DNA from: Eledone cirrhosa
Taxonomy: Eukaryota
DNA length: 64,000 nucleotides
Direction of reading: 5' to 3'
NCBI GenBank assembly: GCA_964016885.1
Contig: OZ024741.1
Location: forward strand, 63,736,001 to 63,800,000
The translations under genes and the position numbers were made by a program. Under the pieces are notes generated by a model that made no database searches, was not told the DNA's origin, and was given only the letters and a program-made list of their open reading frames with translations. This document shows, one piece after another, positions 40,310 through 53,843 of the stretch. The number at the start of each line of letters is the position of its first letter. Within the stretch, counting starts at the first letter, position 1.

Positions 40310-41165
40310 GTAAAACGTCGGACACCATGCTTCGTGGCATAGAGTTACCTCCCTTTACGTTATGAGTTCACATCCCAGTTTTGCCTTTCATCCTTACGGG
40401 GTCAATAAAATAAAGTACCAGTAATGCACCGGGGTTGATTTAATCGACTCCCCCTCCGCCAAAATGGTTGGCCTTGTGCCTAAATCAGAAACCATTTGGC
40501 AGTATCGGTAGAGGGTCGGACGCCATGCTTTCCAGCATAGTTACGTCCCTTTACGATCTGAGTTCAAATCCCGCCGAGGTTGACTTTGCCTTTCATCCTT
40601 ACGAGGTCGATAAAATAAAGTACCAGTAATGCACTGGGTAATTGCTGGCCTCGTGTCAAAAGTAGAAACAATCGTGGATTGGCAGTATCGGTAACGAGTC
40701 GGACACCATGCTTTGCAGCATAGAGTTACGGCCCTTTACAATCTGAGTTCAAATCCGCCGCGGTTAACTTTGCCTTTCATCCTTAGGGGGATCGATAAAA
40801 TAAAGTACCAGTAATACACTGAGATAATTGCTGGCCTTGTGCCAAAAAGTAGAAACAATTATGTATGTTTGTTGTGTGTGTGTACCAGTAACGTCCTGGG
40901 GTCGATGTAATCGACTCCTCTACCTCAAATTACTGGCCTTGTGCCTATACTAGAAATCATTATATATACATATATATATATATAATTGTTTCTACTTTTT
41001 GGCACAAGGCCAGCAATAACCCAGTACATTACTGGAACTTTATTTTATCGACCCCGTAAGGATGAAGGACAAAGTTAACCTCGACGGGATTTGAACTCAG
41101 ACCGTAAAGGGACATAACTATGCTAGAAAGCATGACGTCCAACCCTCTACCGATACTGACAATTC
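40310..41165. mobile_element. SINE cluster: tandem plus-strand copies followed by an inverted copy
   Basis: Plus copies at ~40310, 40497 and 40675, with a tail at ~40883. Minus copy ~40984-41165. Confidence 0.9.
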
Positions 41166-41214
41166 ACCGTCCATATAATGTGCATAAACATATACCCAAA
41201 ATGAGAAGAAAGGA

Positions 41215-41500
41215 TCGCGGGCATGGCTGGGGTAGTTGGCGCGGAGGAGACAGCTTGTGAGGGCTGTTAAAGACTAGAGCAGTCCAGCGCGTGTTTCCGC
41301 CGCGTGAGGCGAGATGAGGTCTCGGAGGTGGCCAGGTAAAGATCTTATAGGGCGGCTGCCATGTCTTTTCTGGACGCTGACGGGGAAAGATTGCTGGCCG
41401 GGTCTGGAGCGTCCTAGATGTTTCAGGAAGGTCCGGATATTTGAGGCGAAGTGCTGACAAAACGTCCGGTGCTGGTCGAAGGACAGCATCTATTTTCTGG
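41215..41500 (-). mobile_element. CRE-like RT N-terminal fragment
   Basis: LPGHLRDLISPHAAETRAGLL*SLTALTSCLLRANYP resembles the GLRPxHLKDL..LLxALT region. GC-rich. Confidence 0.5.
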
Positions 41501-41608
41501 CGAAATCTTAAGATACTTTTCCTACTATATCAAGCGTTTAACTAATATATATCATCATTGTTATGAATAGTTTTTCTGAGTTGTTTATTTATTTATTTTT
41601 CGCACATG

Positions 41609-41643
<35 letters not shown>

Positions 41644-41644
<1 letters not shown>

Positions 41645-42853
41645 ATAAATTCCAAACCTGGAAGCAGGGACTAGAGAGAAAGGGTCTCAAAGTCAACATG
41701 ACAAAGACTAAGGTCCTTGTAAGTAGACGAGAAAACAGAACCCAGATCCCCTCAGGGAAATGGCCTTGCTCAGTATGTAGGAAAGGTGTAGGTAGGAACT
41801 CCATTCTCTGCCCCAAATGCAAACAATGGGTACACAAGAGATGTAGCGGGATCTCAGGAAACTTAATTAAGAATGTAGGATTCACATGCAGCAGCTGTGC
41901 TGAAACAGCAAGCAGCAAACAGCCACAGGAAACAAGTACCACCAATCTCTGGGAGGGCCCTGTAGAAACAGTAGACAGCTTCTGCTACCTAGGTGACCGA
42001 ATTAGCAACGGAGGTGGGTGTTCAGAAAGTACAATAACTAGGGTAAGAACGGGATGGAAGAAGTTTACGGAACTACTACCACTGCTAGCTGCAAAAGGCT
42101 TCTCCCTCAGAATGAAAGGCAGACTGTATGGTGCGTGTATCCGAACAGCGATGTTGCATGGTAGTGAGACCTGGGCGCTGAAGGTGGAAGACTTACGTAG
42201 ATTAGAGAGAAACGAAGCCTGCATGCTCCGATGGATGTGTAACAGTAATATACGTGAACGACAAAGCATAAATGAATTGAGAGAGAGACTGAGCATAAGA
42301 GGAATCAAATGCTGTGTGCAGGAGAGGCGGTTGCGCTGGTATGGACATGTGATGCGTATGAAGGATGACAGCTGCATAAAAAGGTGCAGAGCACTAGAAG
42401 TTGATGGAAACCGCTGAGTGGGGAGACCCAAGATGACCTGGGATGAGGTGATAAAAGCCGACCTTACCCAATTACAACTCTCAAAGACAATGACACACGA
42501 CCGTGACTTCTGGCGTCACGCAGTAATACAGAGTACCCGACCTCCCATGGGTACATGCTGAAGCATATAAACAATATGCCCCCACACCCCCCACCGCAAG
42601 GTGGTCGTGGAGGTGCCACGGCAAAAAGGCACCCAGCCCACACTGTAAAGTGGACGTGTAGGCGCCACGAAAAAGCACCCAGCACTCACTGTAAATGAGG
42701 TTGGTGTTAGGAAGGTCATCCAGCTGTAGAAATCAAGCCAGATCAGTTCCTGTATGAGCAAGGCATGGTCAGCCGACCAGACACTGCACACAACAGAACA
42801 ACCCGTCTAACCAATGCTAGCGTGGAAGAACGGACGTAAAACGGTGATGATGA
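41644..42853 (+). mobile_element. RTE-type LINE 3' part with a PHD-like Cys/His insert
   Basis: GLKVNMTKTKVL, then CSVC..CPKCKQWVHKRC..CSSC, then VDSFCYLG, HGSETW, RLRWYGHV. Premature TGA at 42415; frame continues GRPKMTW to a stop at 42561. (TGA)n tail. Confidence 0.9.
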
Positions 42854-42862
42854 TATTCATAT

Positions 42863-42931
<69 letters not shown>

Positions 42932-44119
42932 GGAGGGGGTATGTGTTTGTATGGGTGTCTAAATTATACATATTCATATTTTGTATATATATATTTTCGA
43001 TAGACATTTCACTGAAATCTATCAACCGGAGTACATATTGAATGCACATTCTATACATAAATTATATTTTATATTCTTCCATTAAATCACTCTTAGACTT
43101 TTAGGCAACATTCATCTTATGCAACTTCGAGATTCGCCTTTGTTCGATTTTTTCTTTCATACTATTTAAAGATGTCACTCAATGGTTTGTGGCTATGATG
43201 GGTCCCCACTTCAGAGAGAGAGAGTGTGTGTGTGCATGTGTGTATGTGTGTGTGTGTGTGTTTGTATAGATGTGTTAGTGCATGTCATTACGTCTACCTG
43301 GATGTGAAGATGCATGGCTTTGTGATTAAAGTATTTATCTCGCAATCGTAAATTCAACGGTTGCATTAATTCATGTTTCTCCATTCCACTCAGCTGGTAA
43401 ATATGATTTGTGCCTCTAATTCAAATTGACAGCCATATCGCAGGCTGTGTCACCTTGAATGCTGAATCTCCCTGAGAACTACGTTAAGTGTGCACCAGTC
43501 CGCGAAATACTGTTATTTTGACGGTAATTTCAAAAGCAAGCTGTTCTGTTGTTCAAACAACTGGAACACTCTTCGACGGAAATTCTGGCGGTCCAACACG
43601 TCTATCTGGGTCTGTAAAGTTGATGCAAAATTGGATACTTCTTTCAGTGTAATATCTAATATTCTTATTAGTACTTGTTATAAGTTTCTATTAGAGGATT
43701 TTTACATGGTTATACCTCCTCTCTAGCTTGCTTTCTAGAATGTCTTTATATAAATTTCACACACATGCCAAATTAAAATCTCACATTATCTAACAGAATA
43801 GTCTATTTTGAACACAATGTGCATAAGAAAATCGTTAGGAAAGATGTTTACATGTACTTCTGACATTGGTGCCTAGCTCCAAATCAACATTGATTAAACA
43901 GACTATATTATCCAGTAATGGCTTCTCTTCTTAAAGGAGGGTTTGATATGATATGAAGGAGATTTAGCTGCTATTTCAAAGATATAGTACGTAGAAGCTC
44001 CCTCTTGCCTCAAACATATGTTGTTGTGCTTGATATGAATGTTTCTATAGCCAAACTTCAACTGTGATTGAATAGTGGACGCCCCATACAGCCGAGCTTC
44101 TCCGCAAGATCAGAACAAC

Positions 44120-44330
44120 GGCGGCCCGTCTGAGGAAGGGCCCGCAAGGTTCAGTGGCTGTTGCAGCGGGTGTCACTGGTCATTGTCCGCAAGAATGCTT
44201 TTGCAGTCTTGTCCACGGAGCGCAGGCCTTCTCCCTCCATGCCCTAGGCCCAAAGCCCAATCATCCTCCCCTTCACCCCTCCCCTCTCTTTTGCGACACT
44301 AAAGTACTTGCCACCCCTTCCCCTCACCGA
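44120..44330 (+). mobile_element. CRE-like LINE 3' end (second copy)
   Basis: DNA similarity to 6135-6345. Confidence 0.7.
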
Positions 44331-45133
44331 TTTTTTTTCTTTTTCTCTTTTTCTCTAAATCTAGCTTATACCTTCATATAAGCTCCAATTAAAATACACC
44401 GTCGTCGTTGTTTAAATAAAACCGTACGTCTTTATTTTGTCCATAATCAGTACAACTCCGGCTATGTTATCTTATGTGTCTGTTTTTAAGACTCAATGTT
44501 ATGGTTGTAGAGAGATTTCTCGGCTACAGTAGTTGATTGAGCTAACGCTGGTTGCATGCATATACTTCAAGGTTATGTGAATATCATCGACGGACATCAC
44601 TCGGTTTCGACGATGAATGTTACAGTTGTTCGATCAACGGAACTTCCTGCTGCTGAATTTAACGTGTATGTGGTTGCAAATTGTAGAGACTGGTACCCTA
44701 AGCGTAATTCTAAATCTATATCAAGACTGATCCTTGAAATTACAGGTACAACCCATCTGACGGGCGTCCAAACTTTGTTGTCGATCCAATTCCATTACCC
44801 GGAGTTATAGCTGAATAAGTGCTAGAATTGCACGAGCTGGTGCAGTAATACACCAGCTCCAGCATTCAGTAATTAGAACGGGGGTAGTTGTAAAAGTCAA
44901 ACTTGCTAGCTTCAATTCAGTATTCGTGCCAACCCTTACCTATAGCCAGGAAAGAATCACTAGATAGATTTTACGAGCAAAACCAACCGTTAGGAGACCC
45001 AGGGGTAGATCCGAACAAGATGGTTTGATAACATCCGAGTTCGGCTAGTCATGCTTGGGAATCCAGCAGGATCATTTGAAAATGCTTGCTTCTGACAGGA
45101 CCCTCTCGGGAATAAGTGGACAAAGATGATGAT

Positions 45134-45310
45134 GAAGAAGAAGAAGAAGAAGAAGAAGAAGAAGAAGAAGAAGAAGAAGAAGAAGAAGAAGAAGAAGAAG
45201 AAGAAGAAGAAGAAGAAGAAGAAGAAGAAGAAGAAGAAGAAGAAGAAGAAGAAAAAGAAGAAGAAGAAGAAGAAGAAGAAGAAGAAGAAGAAGAAGAAGA
45301 AGAAGAAGAA
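45134..45310. repeat. (GAA)n microsatellite
   Basis: ~59 triplets. Confidence 0.97.
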
Positions 45311-46024
45311 GGAAGGGGTTATGTGCTGTGTCTGATCTTATCAAAAGTAACAGCATTATTTGTGAACTGAAATAGACTCAGCTGTATATCGAAACAGATC
45401 GATCTGCTCACAACTAATGTAAGATTACCTTTTGACTGTGATGTTCATAATAGTTTAATATATATTTAATTTGCTTTCAGTTTTAGTGAGGAAAGGTTAA
45501 AACTTCCACCTATACTTGTGTACTGATTTCTTACGCTGTGAGCTCAAAACAACCAGAATGATGGATATTTTATTTTTTGCCAACTTTGCCTTTCATATTA
45601 CCAGAAGTACATTTATTGTATATTTAGGGAAGATTGTACATATGTATGTTCACATCCTCTTTTTCTTTCGTTTCTCTCTAGCTCCACTGATGGGATATCT
45701 TCTCTACTTCTTATAGTTACTGTTTCCCATATCTTTATCATTTAGTTCTACCACTAACCAACCCCTTTCTCTCTATTTTCCAATCTTTCCATCTCCTTCT
45801 ATCACCTATTATTTTAGTTTCCCCAATTATTGAAATCTATCTTTTGTTTACATTTTGGTCTTTTTTGTAACTAGACTTAGATACTCATTACTCGCATGTG
45901 CGAATAATTCACGTTTCACTTTCTCCCTGTAATGTAATTTATATTTAAAATTACATTTCCTCAATTTCTATTTAACTTATATTTGCGTTTTTGTTAGAGA
46001 GTTTTCCATATTTACTTATTTATT

Positions 46025-46298
46025 ATATTCTACTTCTTCCCCGCCCAAATTTCTGACTTTGTGCCTATATAATAAATAAATAATTCTTCCCACAAGGCCA
46101 GCAATTATCCCAGTGTATTACTGGGACTTTATTTTATCTACCCAGTAAAGATGAAAGACCGAGGTCAACTTTGCCTTTCAACCTTACGGCATCGATAAAA
46201 TAAAGTACCAGTAATGCACTGGGATAATTGCTGGCCTTATTTATTTATTATATAGGCACAAAGCCAGAAATTTGGGTGGGGAAGGAGAAGTAGAATAT
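46025..46298. repeat. Palindrome built from SINE parts
   Basis: atattctacttct..ggccagcaattatcccagtg / cactgggataattgctggcc..agaagtagaatat. Confidence 0.85.
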
Positions 46299-47086
46299 TT
46301 CGACCAGTAACTGGCTGGTACTTGTTTACTCTGAAAGGGTAAAAAGCATCTTTAATCCCATCGAAAAGTCGTCCAACATATTCAGAGTCCTATTAGCCGC
46401 TGTTTTTTCTACCTACCTTCAGTATCCACTGCCACTTATTTTGGTCTCTTTCACTGTCACTCCCTATCTCATAATATGACCATATCTTATTTCTATACAT
46501 TTGTCTCTTCTCTTTTACATTCTCTATATTATCTTTCTCTCTCCCATTCCATTTCTCCAATTCCCTTTAATTCATGTTTTTGTTGATTTGCTGTTGCTTC
46601 TGTTGGTGTTTTTCCAAAACTCAATAATATACCATTATCAAATCCATTTACTTATATCCCCACACTTCCCAATACATATACAATGTAAAATTTAAGAGAG
46701 AATACAAAAGCTCAAAAACCATCTACTCGTGTGGCGTATTTCATTAATTCAAGCTACAGTTGTCTCGTCTCGTGCTTTTAAATCGGTCGCTTGTGTGTAG
46801 AGCAATATTAATGTCGTATTTCATTCATTATATGGACGTTCATAAAATTTATAAAAGTCATGACGCTATTCTTAAATAATTTTACATATCAACTCTTCTG
46901 AGAGATGAATAGAAATAAATGTAAGCTACTGTCAAATACCTGCTCAGTAAGTCACCAACATTTACACAAATATATGGAATGCAATATCATTTCGAAATTT
47001 AAAAAGAAATTATAGCAATATATTATGATTGATCGACTTGTGGTTCGCTGGAAAGACTTAAATCTATGCATAATATATGACATAAC

Positions 47087-47188
<102 letters not shown>

Positions 47189-47258
47189 TGTGTGTGTGTA
47201 TATATATATAAATATATATATTATATATATATATATAAATATAAATAAATATATATAT

Positions 47259-47299
<41 letters not shown>

Positions 47300-47388
47300 G
47301 TATGTATGTATATCACTGAATCATGAAAATAAAATAAGAAACTATAACATTTTTTCTTTCATGAATTGTATCGTTACTTTTATAAATA

Positions 47389-48498
47389 CTAGCTGACGTA
47401 CCCAGCTTCGCCCGGGTAAACAGATGATAAGAGAAGACAGGTAAAAGAGAAAATGACTGTATTGGATGTTTGTCTGGTTACAGTATGAGGTAAGTCCGTG
47501 GTGTCTGTGTGATACAGAAAACAGTAAAAAAAATCTTCAAGATATACCAGATTCTTCGTTGTACCGTTTGTGCATAGTATATGAACAATTCTAGGTGCTC
47601 CCACCTAGAATAGTGACCTCTAGGAGATGGTTCATCTTCTGCCTGACTGTAAAACGTGTATCATTGCATAGACGTGGTTGTTCCACGTTTCTCAAAAGGA
47701 TGCTGGAAGTTCCAATCTTTTATATTATATGTAGATATAGATATAGATAATTAATATAAAAGATAATGCTCAGACAGTTCGTCTTCAACCATCTCAGCAC
47801 GCCGTCGCTGCTTGGTTCCAGTGTTTCATTGGCGTTGTTCAGCCAGCTCTTCTTCATTCATAGCAGCACGTCTTCGCTTCTGAAGTTCGGCGTTCCGATG
47901 GCGCTGTTCGGCCCGTTTTTCTTCATTCCTGGTTGCACGCCGTCGCCGCTGTAGTTCACTGTTCGATAAAGTATTCATTTCGAGCAATTGCAAAAAATGA
48001 CACAATAATAAATATAAAAGATGTCCGTCAATGTAAAAAAAGGTCCCTATTTACTCCCTTCACAACTCTGTGTATGTTAGACTGACAGGCAGGCACACAG
48101 ACAGATAAACTGCGTGGCGATTGTGGAACGCCCCACGTACACACACATACACGCATGGAAATGTGCACACGCACGCAAACTTACACACGCACCCGTGCAC
48201 TTACACACACGCACACACTCACACGTGTTGTTAGTTTTTAGTTTGTGGAACGCTGCACGCACGCACACACACATAAACATACGCGAACGTACATACACAC
48301 GCAGACATGGTAATAGTTACAGCATTCACTTTGCCTCTCTGTTTCTTACTCTCCCCTCTCACTCCCTCATTGGCATTATGCATATTAATTTAAGTTTGGT
48401 GTCGTTGAGGTGGGCGGAGTCGTTTGAAACCTATGAACCAATGATAATCGAGAATTATGACACACGGAATACTGACATTTTTGAAATTAATATATAGA
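47389..48498 (-). mobile_element. Non-autonomous Helitron (composite)
   Basis: Minus-strand 3' end acccgggcgaagctgggt hairpin + acgtcagCTAG|t. 5' a|TC..ATAT ends at ~47735, ~47763 and 48498. Internal 23-aa repeat coding relic. Confidence 0.75.
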
Positions 48499-48572
48499 TT
48501 ATGAAACATATTTTGATTATTTTTTCCTTTATTCTTTTCCCTTTTCTTTTTCTCTGTCTTTTTCTACTCCTG

Positions 48573-48630
<58 letters not shown>

Positions 48631-48986
48631 ATCTCTATCTATCTCTATCTCTCGTTCTCTGTTTCTAAGATATTTCCTTCAAACGGGAAATAAAAGACAT
48701 CTAAGGTGTTTTCTATAAAAAATATCAAATAAGATAGATGTAGTGCATCAGTGATCTATTTCTTGTGGCTTTTGTTATTATCTTCATTTCAAAAAGAAAA
48801 AAAATATCTAATAATAATGACATAAAATGAATAAACATGATTGAAATGCTGGCATTCATAAGTTAGATAAGTGTGGCACAACAAACAGTAGTTCATATTT
48901 CATCTCCTTAATACGTTGAGTATTATTATGGACCAGTTTTCCTCTATTCTTTTCACTTATCTTTTTCTCTGTCTTTTTCTACTCCT

Positions 48987-49097
<111 letters not shown>

Positions 49098-49673
49098 AAA
49101 ATTTACACATACTACGACTGTAAATCTTTAAAGTTTACACATACTAACATACACACACACATACACATAATGTATTACCTAACTCAGCAATATAACTACA
49201 ATATGAAATTCTCTTTCCATTCCCAAGTTCCCGGGTTTAAACTCCGCATTTCGCATTGAAAATATTTATTCCCCCCAATGTTACTCATAATGTAATCCTG
49301 TATGCCATGTGCACATGAGTCTGTCACCTTCTCCCACCCCATTTCTGTCTTCTTTTGTCTGGTACTCCTTGCTCTTCCCCTCCTTTTCCTCTGATTTATG
49401 GCATTTATAGTCCTTTCCAATACTGCTCTCTTTTTCTGTTTATATAATTCTACTACGAAATAAAATGTCTTATATTAAACGAGAAAAAGAAATTATGTAA
49501 TTATATGTTAGAAATGAAATATTAAAATATCATTTGTATTTGTAATCATGTCCACTTACATAAGTTATTGTGTTTCTCTTACATAAAACATAAATTTATC
49601 AAAACGCCTATTTCCAGTTTATTTGATTGTTCACATCTATTTGTTCATGTCTCTATCTATTATATATATATAT

Positions 49674-49722
<49 letters not shown>

Positions 49723-50886
49723 TGTTTATATGCATGTATATGTATATGTATGTGAGTACGTGAGTGTGTGTGTAGATTATTAAAGCTGTTCTAGTGACTT
49801 GTCCTGATATATCTCTGGGTTGGAAAAAAAATTCACTAGATGAATTGGATGAGTATTCTCGCCCTAACGACAATGATTGAGTGGAAGCAGAAGTTTAGTT
49901 GGATTCTGGTCAGCGAGAGAAAATGGTAAAGAACAGATACGCAGAGGGTGACAAAAAAGACAAATAAAATGGAGAAGTGATGAAGAGGCATAAAAAATGG
50001 AAAGAAAAGAATGAACATAGGACAAAAATACATGACACTATTAGATTTTTCTTGAAAAGTTTACATTCATGTATGTGTCTAATGTATTAAGCTACAAATA
50101 CACGTTGAATATGAATAGTTTACTTCGCAATTCAGCTGTGCAAATTGTATACACCAAGTCGTTAGAACTTCAGATAGAATTCTTGATATATTCGTTACCG
50201 TTCACTGTGCTCTCTGAGTTTAAAAAATAGCTGAGTTCAACTTCGGCGTTCATTTATTAGAGATCGATAAAAAAAGTATCAGTCCAGCAATGAGGTCGAT
50301 TCCTCCTCTATATTTCTTTCTGAGCTCCTCTCCATCCACCAGATTTAAAGTGCCGAAGATACTTTGTCATGCAATAAAAACGGATGTGTGAGCAACATAA
50401 TGGTAATGCTTCCATTCAGAGTTTGGATGTTATGAATAATATATAACCTGTCAATCACCATCATTATAATCATCATCAACCAGCGTTATTATAATGATCA
50501 TCATAATGATCATCATCACCATGATCGTCAACAGCGTTATCATTATCTTCATGATCATCAACGGCAAACAACCAATGTTTATTAGAAAATATATAAATTT
50601 CAGCCTTAATTCATTGTTTGGTGTAATCTTCTATGTAAGATAAAATCTAGAACCCGTGGAAGCCGTTCTGGGTCTGAGTCAGCAAAAAGTAATAAAAAAA
50701 AAACAGCTATAAATATAATCAGAAGTTACATCTCAAAACGTACTGCAGAGGAAACTGTTGAAAACAACACTTGCAGTCTATATATTGCTATAATTCCACT
50801 GCACAAACAAAGCAAGGTGATTCTTGCCTTGTCTCTCACAAGATACACGTGTATCCACAGTAACTTTCTGGTGTACTGTTTTCTAG

Positions 50887-50953
50887 AAATGGCGTACAGT
50901 CGCAATCGATGAGGGCTCTGATCCCACAAAAGTGACTTCTCAACCGTCTATTT
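50887..50953 (+). CDS. Possible 67-bp host internal exon (unidentified)
   Basis: Acceptor tgttttctag, open frame KWRTVAIDEGSDPTKVTSQPSI, donor gtaagt. Unique sequence. Confidence 0.3.
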
Positions 50954-51005
50954 GTAAGTTTCTCTCATTTTATTTTATTTCTGTGTCGCATTTATATTTA
51001 TGCAC

Positions 51006-51159
<154 letters not shown>

Positions 51160-51814
51160 TTATATATATATATATGTGTGTATATATGTATATATGTATA
51201 TATATGTCAGGTCACCAGTTGGTGCTACTGGTAACATGTATCCCAGTACAACCTGTCTCATGGTCGGGTCGTTGGCGACTAAACTGGCAACCCCACCAAG
51301 GTTTCTTGGTGAGGTGGGTGACTTTGGACATCCTGCAGGACTAAAAACAAAACCTGTCAAAGGGCAAAGGAGCTCTTAAGAGTCAATGGCCATCCAAAAT
51401 CACCGGGAGAGATGACCCCTTAGCCTTTGTCAAGGCAGAATTCTAGGAGAAGGAAAACTCTGATATAACACCTGCAACCCTGATGGTATCCAATGATGTT
51501 GACTTGTTCTTCTTTTTGGTAAATATCATCTTGGTTAAGAGAGTGGGACTGGCTTTGTGCAGTGCCTTTGCTCACTATAAAAGCTTCACGGCACAGGCAT
51601 TGCTTTATATCTGGAGATCTCTCTGCACTTGTCGTCACATGGTGCCATGGGCCCGGCACTATGTGCCAATAATTGTCACAAGTGTAGTGTTTGTACCATA
51701 GTTTTCAAGTCGCTGGGTGGACTAGAGGGTCACACTCGTTCAGCGCATCGGTAGGGGTTCTCCTACATGGATATAAAGTAGTGGCCGTGCTCGAAAACGA
51801 GTTGGCAGCCACCA

Positions 51815-53561
51815 TGTATATATATAGAGAGAATATAGAGAGAGAGGAAGGAGCAGCCATTGGTGTTAGCATTGCAGGCGACATAGCTAACTTATTCATG
51901 GTATGGTGGGACAGTAGACTTAAACTTAAACTTAGAGAACAATTAGAAGACCCCTTAACTCTGATAATGTACTCCCGCTACGTTGATGATATAAACATCG
52001 TAGTTAAAACACCCCCACTAGAGAACAGTCAGGAATTAGAGAAAAACACAATGGAAAGCATCCAGCAAATAGCTAACTCCATCCACCAGAGTATTAGAGT
52101 TACTATAGACTACCCAAGTAAACACCCCAACCATCGATTACCTGTACTAGACACAGAGCTCTGGTTAGATACCATTAATAACAAAAAACAAATCCTCCAT
52201 TCCCATTATGCCAAACCCATGACTTCCAAATATCTGATCCACCGAAACTCAGCTGTTTCGGACCATACCAAAATCAACATACTGATTGAGGATTTGGTAC
52301 GGGTGATGAGAAACGTGTCCCGCATGTGCAACCCCGAAGAACTAGAGAGACACATACAACACTTCATCCACCGTATGCAGTTCTCTGGTTACAATCAGAG
52401 AGATAAAATCAGAGTGTATAGAGGAGCCAGAACCAAATGGGAAAAAATGGTAAATAATGACACAAATGGGACCTGCCCCTTGTATAGGAGCAAATTTTGG
52501 AATAGAATAGAAAGAACTAGGAATAAGGCTAATAGAATAAACTCATGTTATGATAGCAATAAATACCAGAGTGTAATGTTCATCGATACAACCCCTAGAG
52601 GTGAATTAGCTTACAAATTTAGAAGGGCCCTAGACAAACATAAACTCAATATTAAGATAGTAGAAAGACCAGGTACCTCCGTAAAAACACTTATTAGCAA
52701 GACATACCCTTTTCAAAGAACCCCCTGTATAGATAAGAAATGTATAACCTGTAAATTAAGCCCCCATATTAACTGTAAAACTAGAAATGTAGTATATAGC
52801 ATAAGATGTACTGAAGGACAATGTAGAGACAAAAATATAGTGTACATAGGTGAGACAGCTCGTAGTGTAGGGGAACGGATAAATGAACACTGGCGAGACC
52901 TTCAAGATAGTAAAGAATCATCTGTACTCTACCAACATGCTAAAATAGAACATAAGGGTAAATTAGAGAACATAGAAATAAAAATAGAATCTACACACAG
53001 AAAAGACGCAATGTTTAGACAAATCACAGAGGCAATAAACATAAAAGAATTACAACCAAAATTAAATAGAAAATATGAGTGGAACAGCAACATCACAACT
53101 TACAATTAAGGACAAAATGAAAACACACACGCACATAGAACAAACAACCAACCTGTAACATGTAAATAAACAAATAAATAAACGAATATAAACACACACA
53201 GACACCCAGATGTGGCGCATGCGCAGACTGAGCACACAACACACACACAGAAACAAAATGGCGTAGGACAGAACAAAGGAGAGGCACAAAAACAAAGAAA
53301 AGAATCCCCAGTCACTGAAGAGGTCACAGAATGTGTGACGAATGAACTTTGACAATATATAAACAACCATCTGATTATGGAACCAACCAACCAACCGGAA
53401 ATTTATAAATTCCTAAATTTATAAATTTATTATAATAAATTGAAGTGAAAGCAACTGGTGCGTGTGTTTCTTATTGGCAACATGACCCTCCCAAAGTATA
53501 ACAATATCGGTTTCAACACACGTTTTCAGATAAAGAATCTTGCTAAACAAATTCAGAAACG

Positions 53562-53565
<4 letters not shown>
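51815..53565 (+). mobile_element. 5'-truncated PLE, same family as 18045-21295, with 3' pLTR
   Basis: Open frame EGAAIGVSIAGDIANLFM, YSRYVDD, LPVLDT, CIDKKCITC, VVYSIRC..YIGETARS to stop 53109. The 3' UTR matches the reverse complement of ~19990-20446. Ends in (TA)n. Confidence 0.93.
53311..53353 (+). ncRNA. Hammerhead copy (GAAA>GAAT)
   Basis: gtca-CTGAAGA-ggtcacagaatgtgtgac-GAAT-gaactt-tgac. Confidence 0.65.
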
Positions 53566-53649
<84 letters not shown>

Positions 53650-53786
53650 ATTAAAATACTGGAGCGTGTTGGAGTTAAACACCCTCTTCGTATTATAGAA
53701 ATGACAGTAAAAGGTATAGCTCAATGCAGTTAAACAGAGCCAAAAAATTAAGAGAGTAAAACAAAGAAGCCTTTAATACATCAAAA

Positions 53787-53843
53787 GTTTTTATTAGCCG
53801 ACAATGTTTCGTCCTATTAAGGACTCATCAGGGCAATTAAAAC
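53787..53843 (-). ncRNA. Canonical type I hammerhead ribozyme
   Basis: Reverse complement of 55901-55957. Confidence 0.92.

Noticed and set aside
42415-42417. Conserved readthrough TGA shared with the RTE fragment at ~11688
   Set aside because: The positions differ by one codon; simple decay such as CGA>TGA explains both.
51691-51815. N-terminus of the 472-aa ORF as a real start
   Set aside because: Chance open frame from flanking DNA; PLE homology begins mid-RT after a short TA run.
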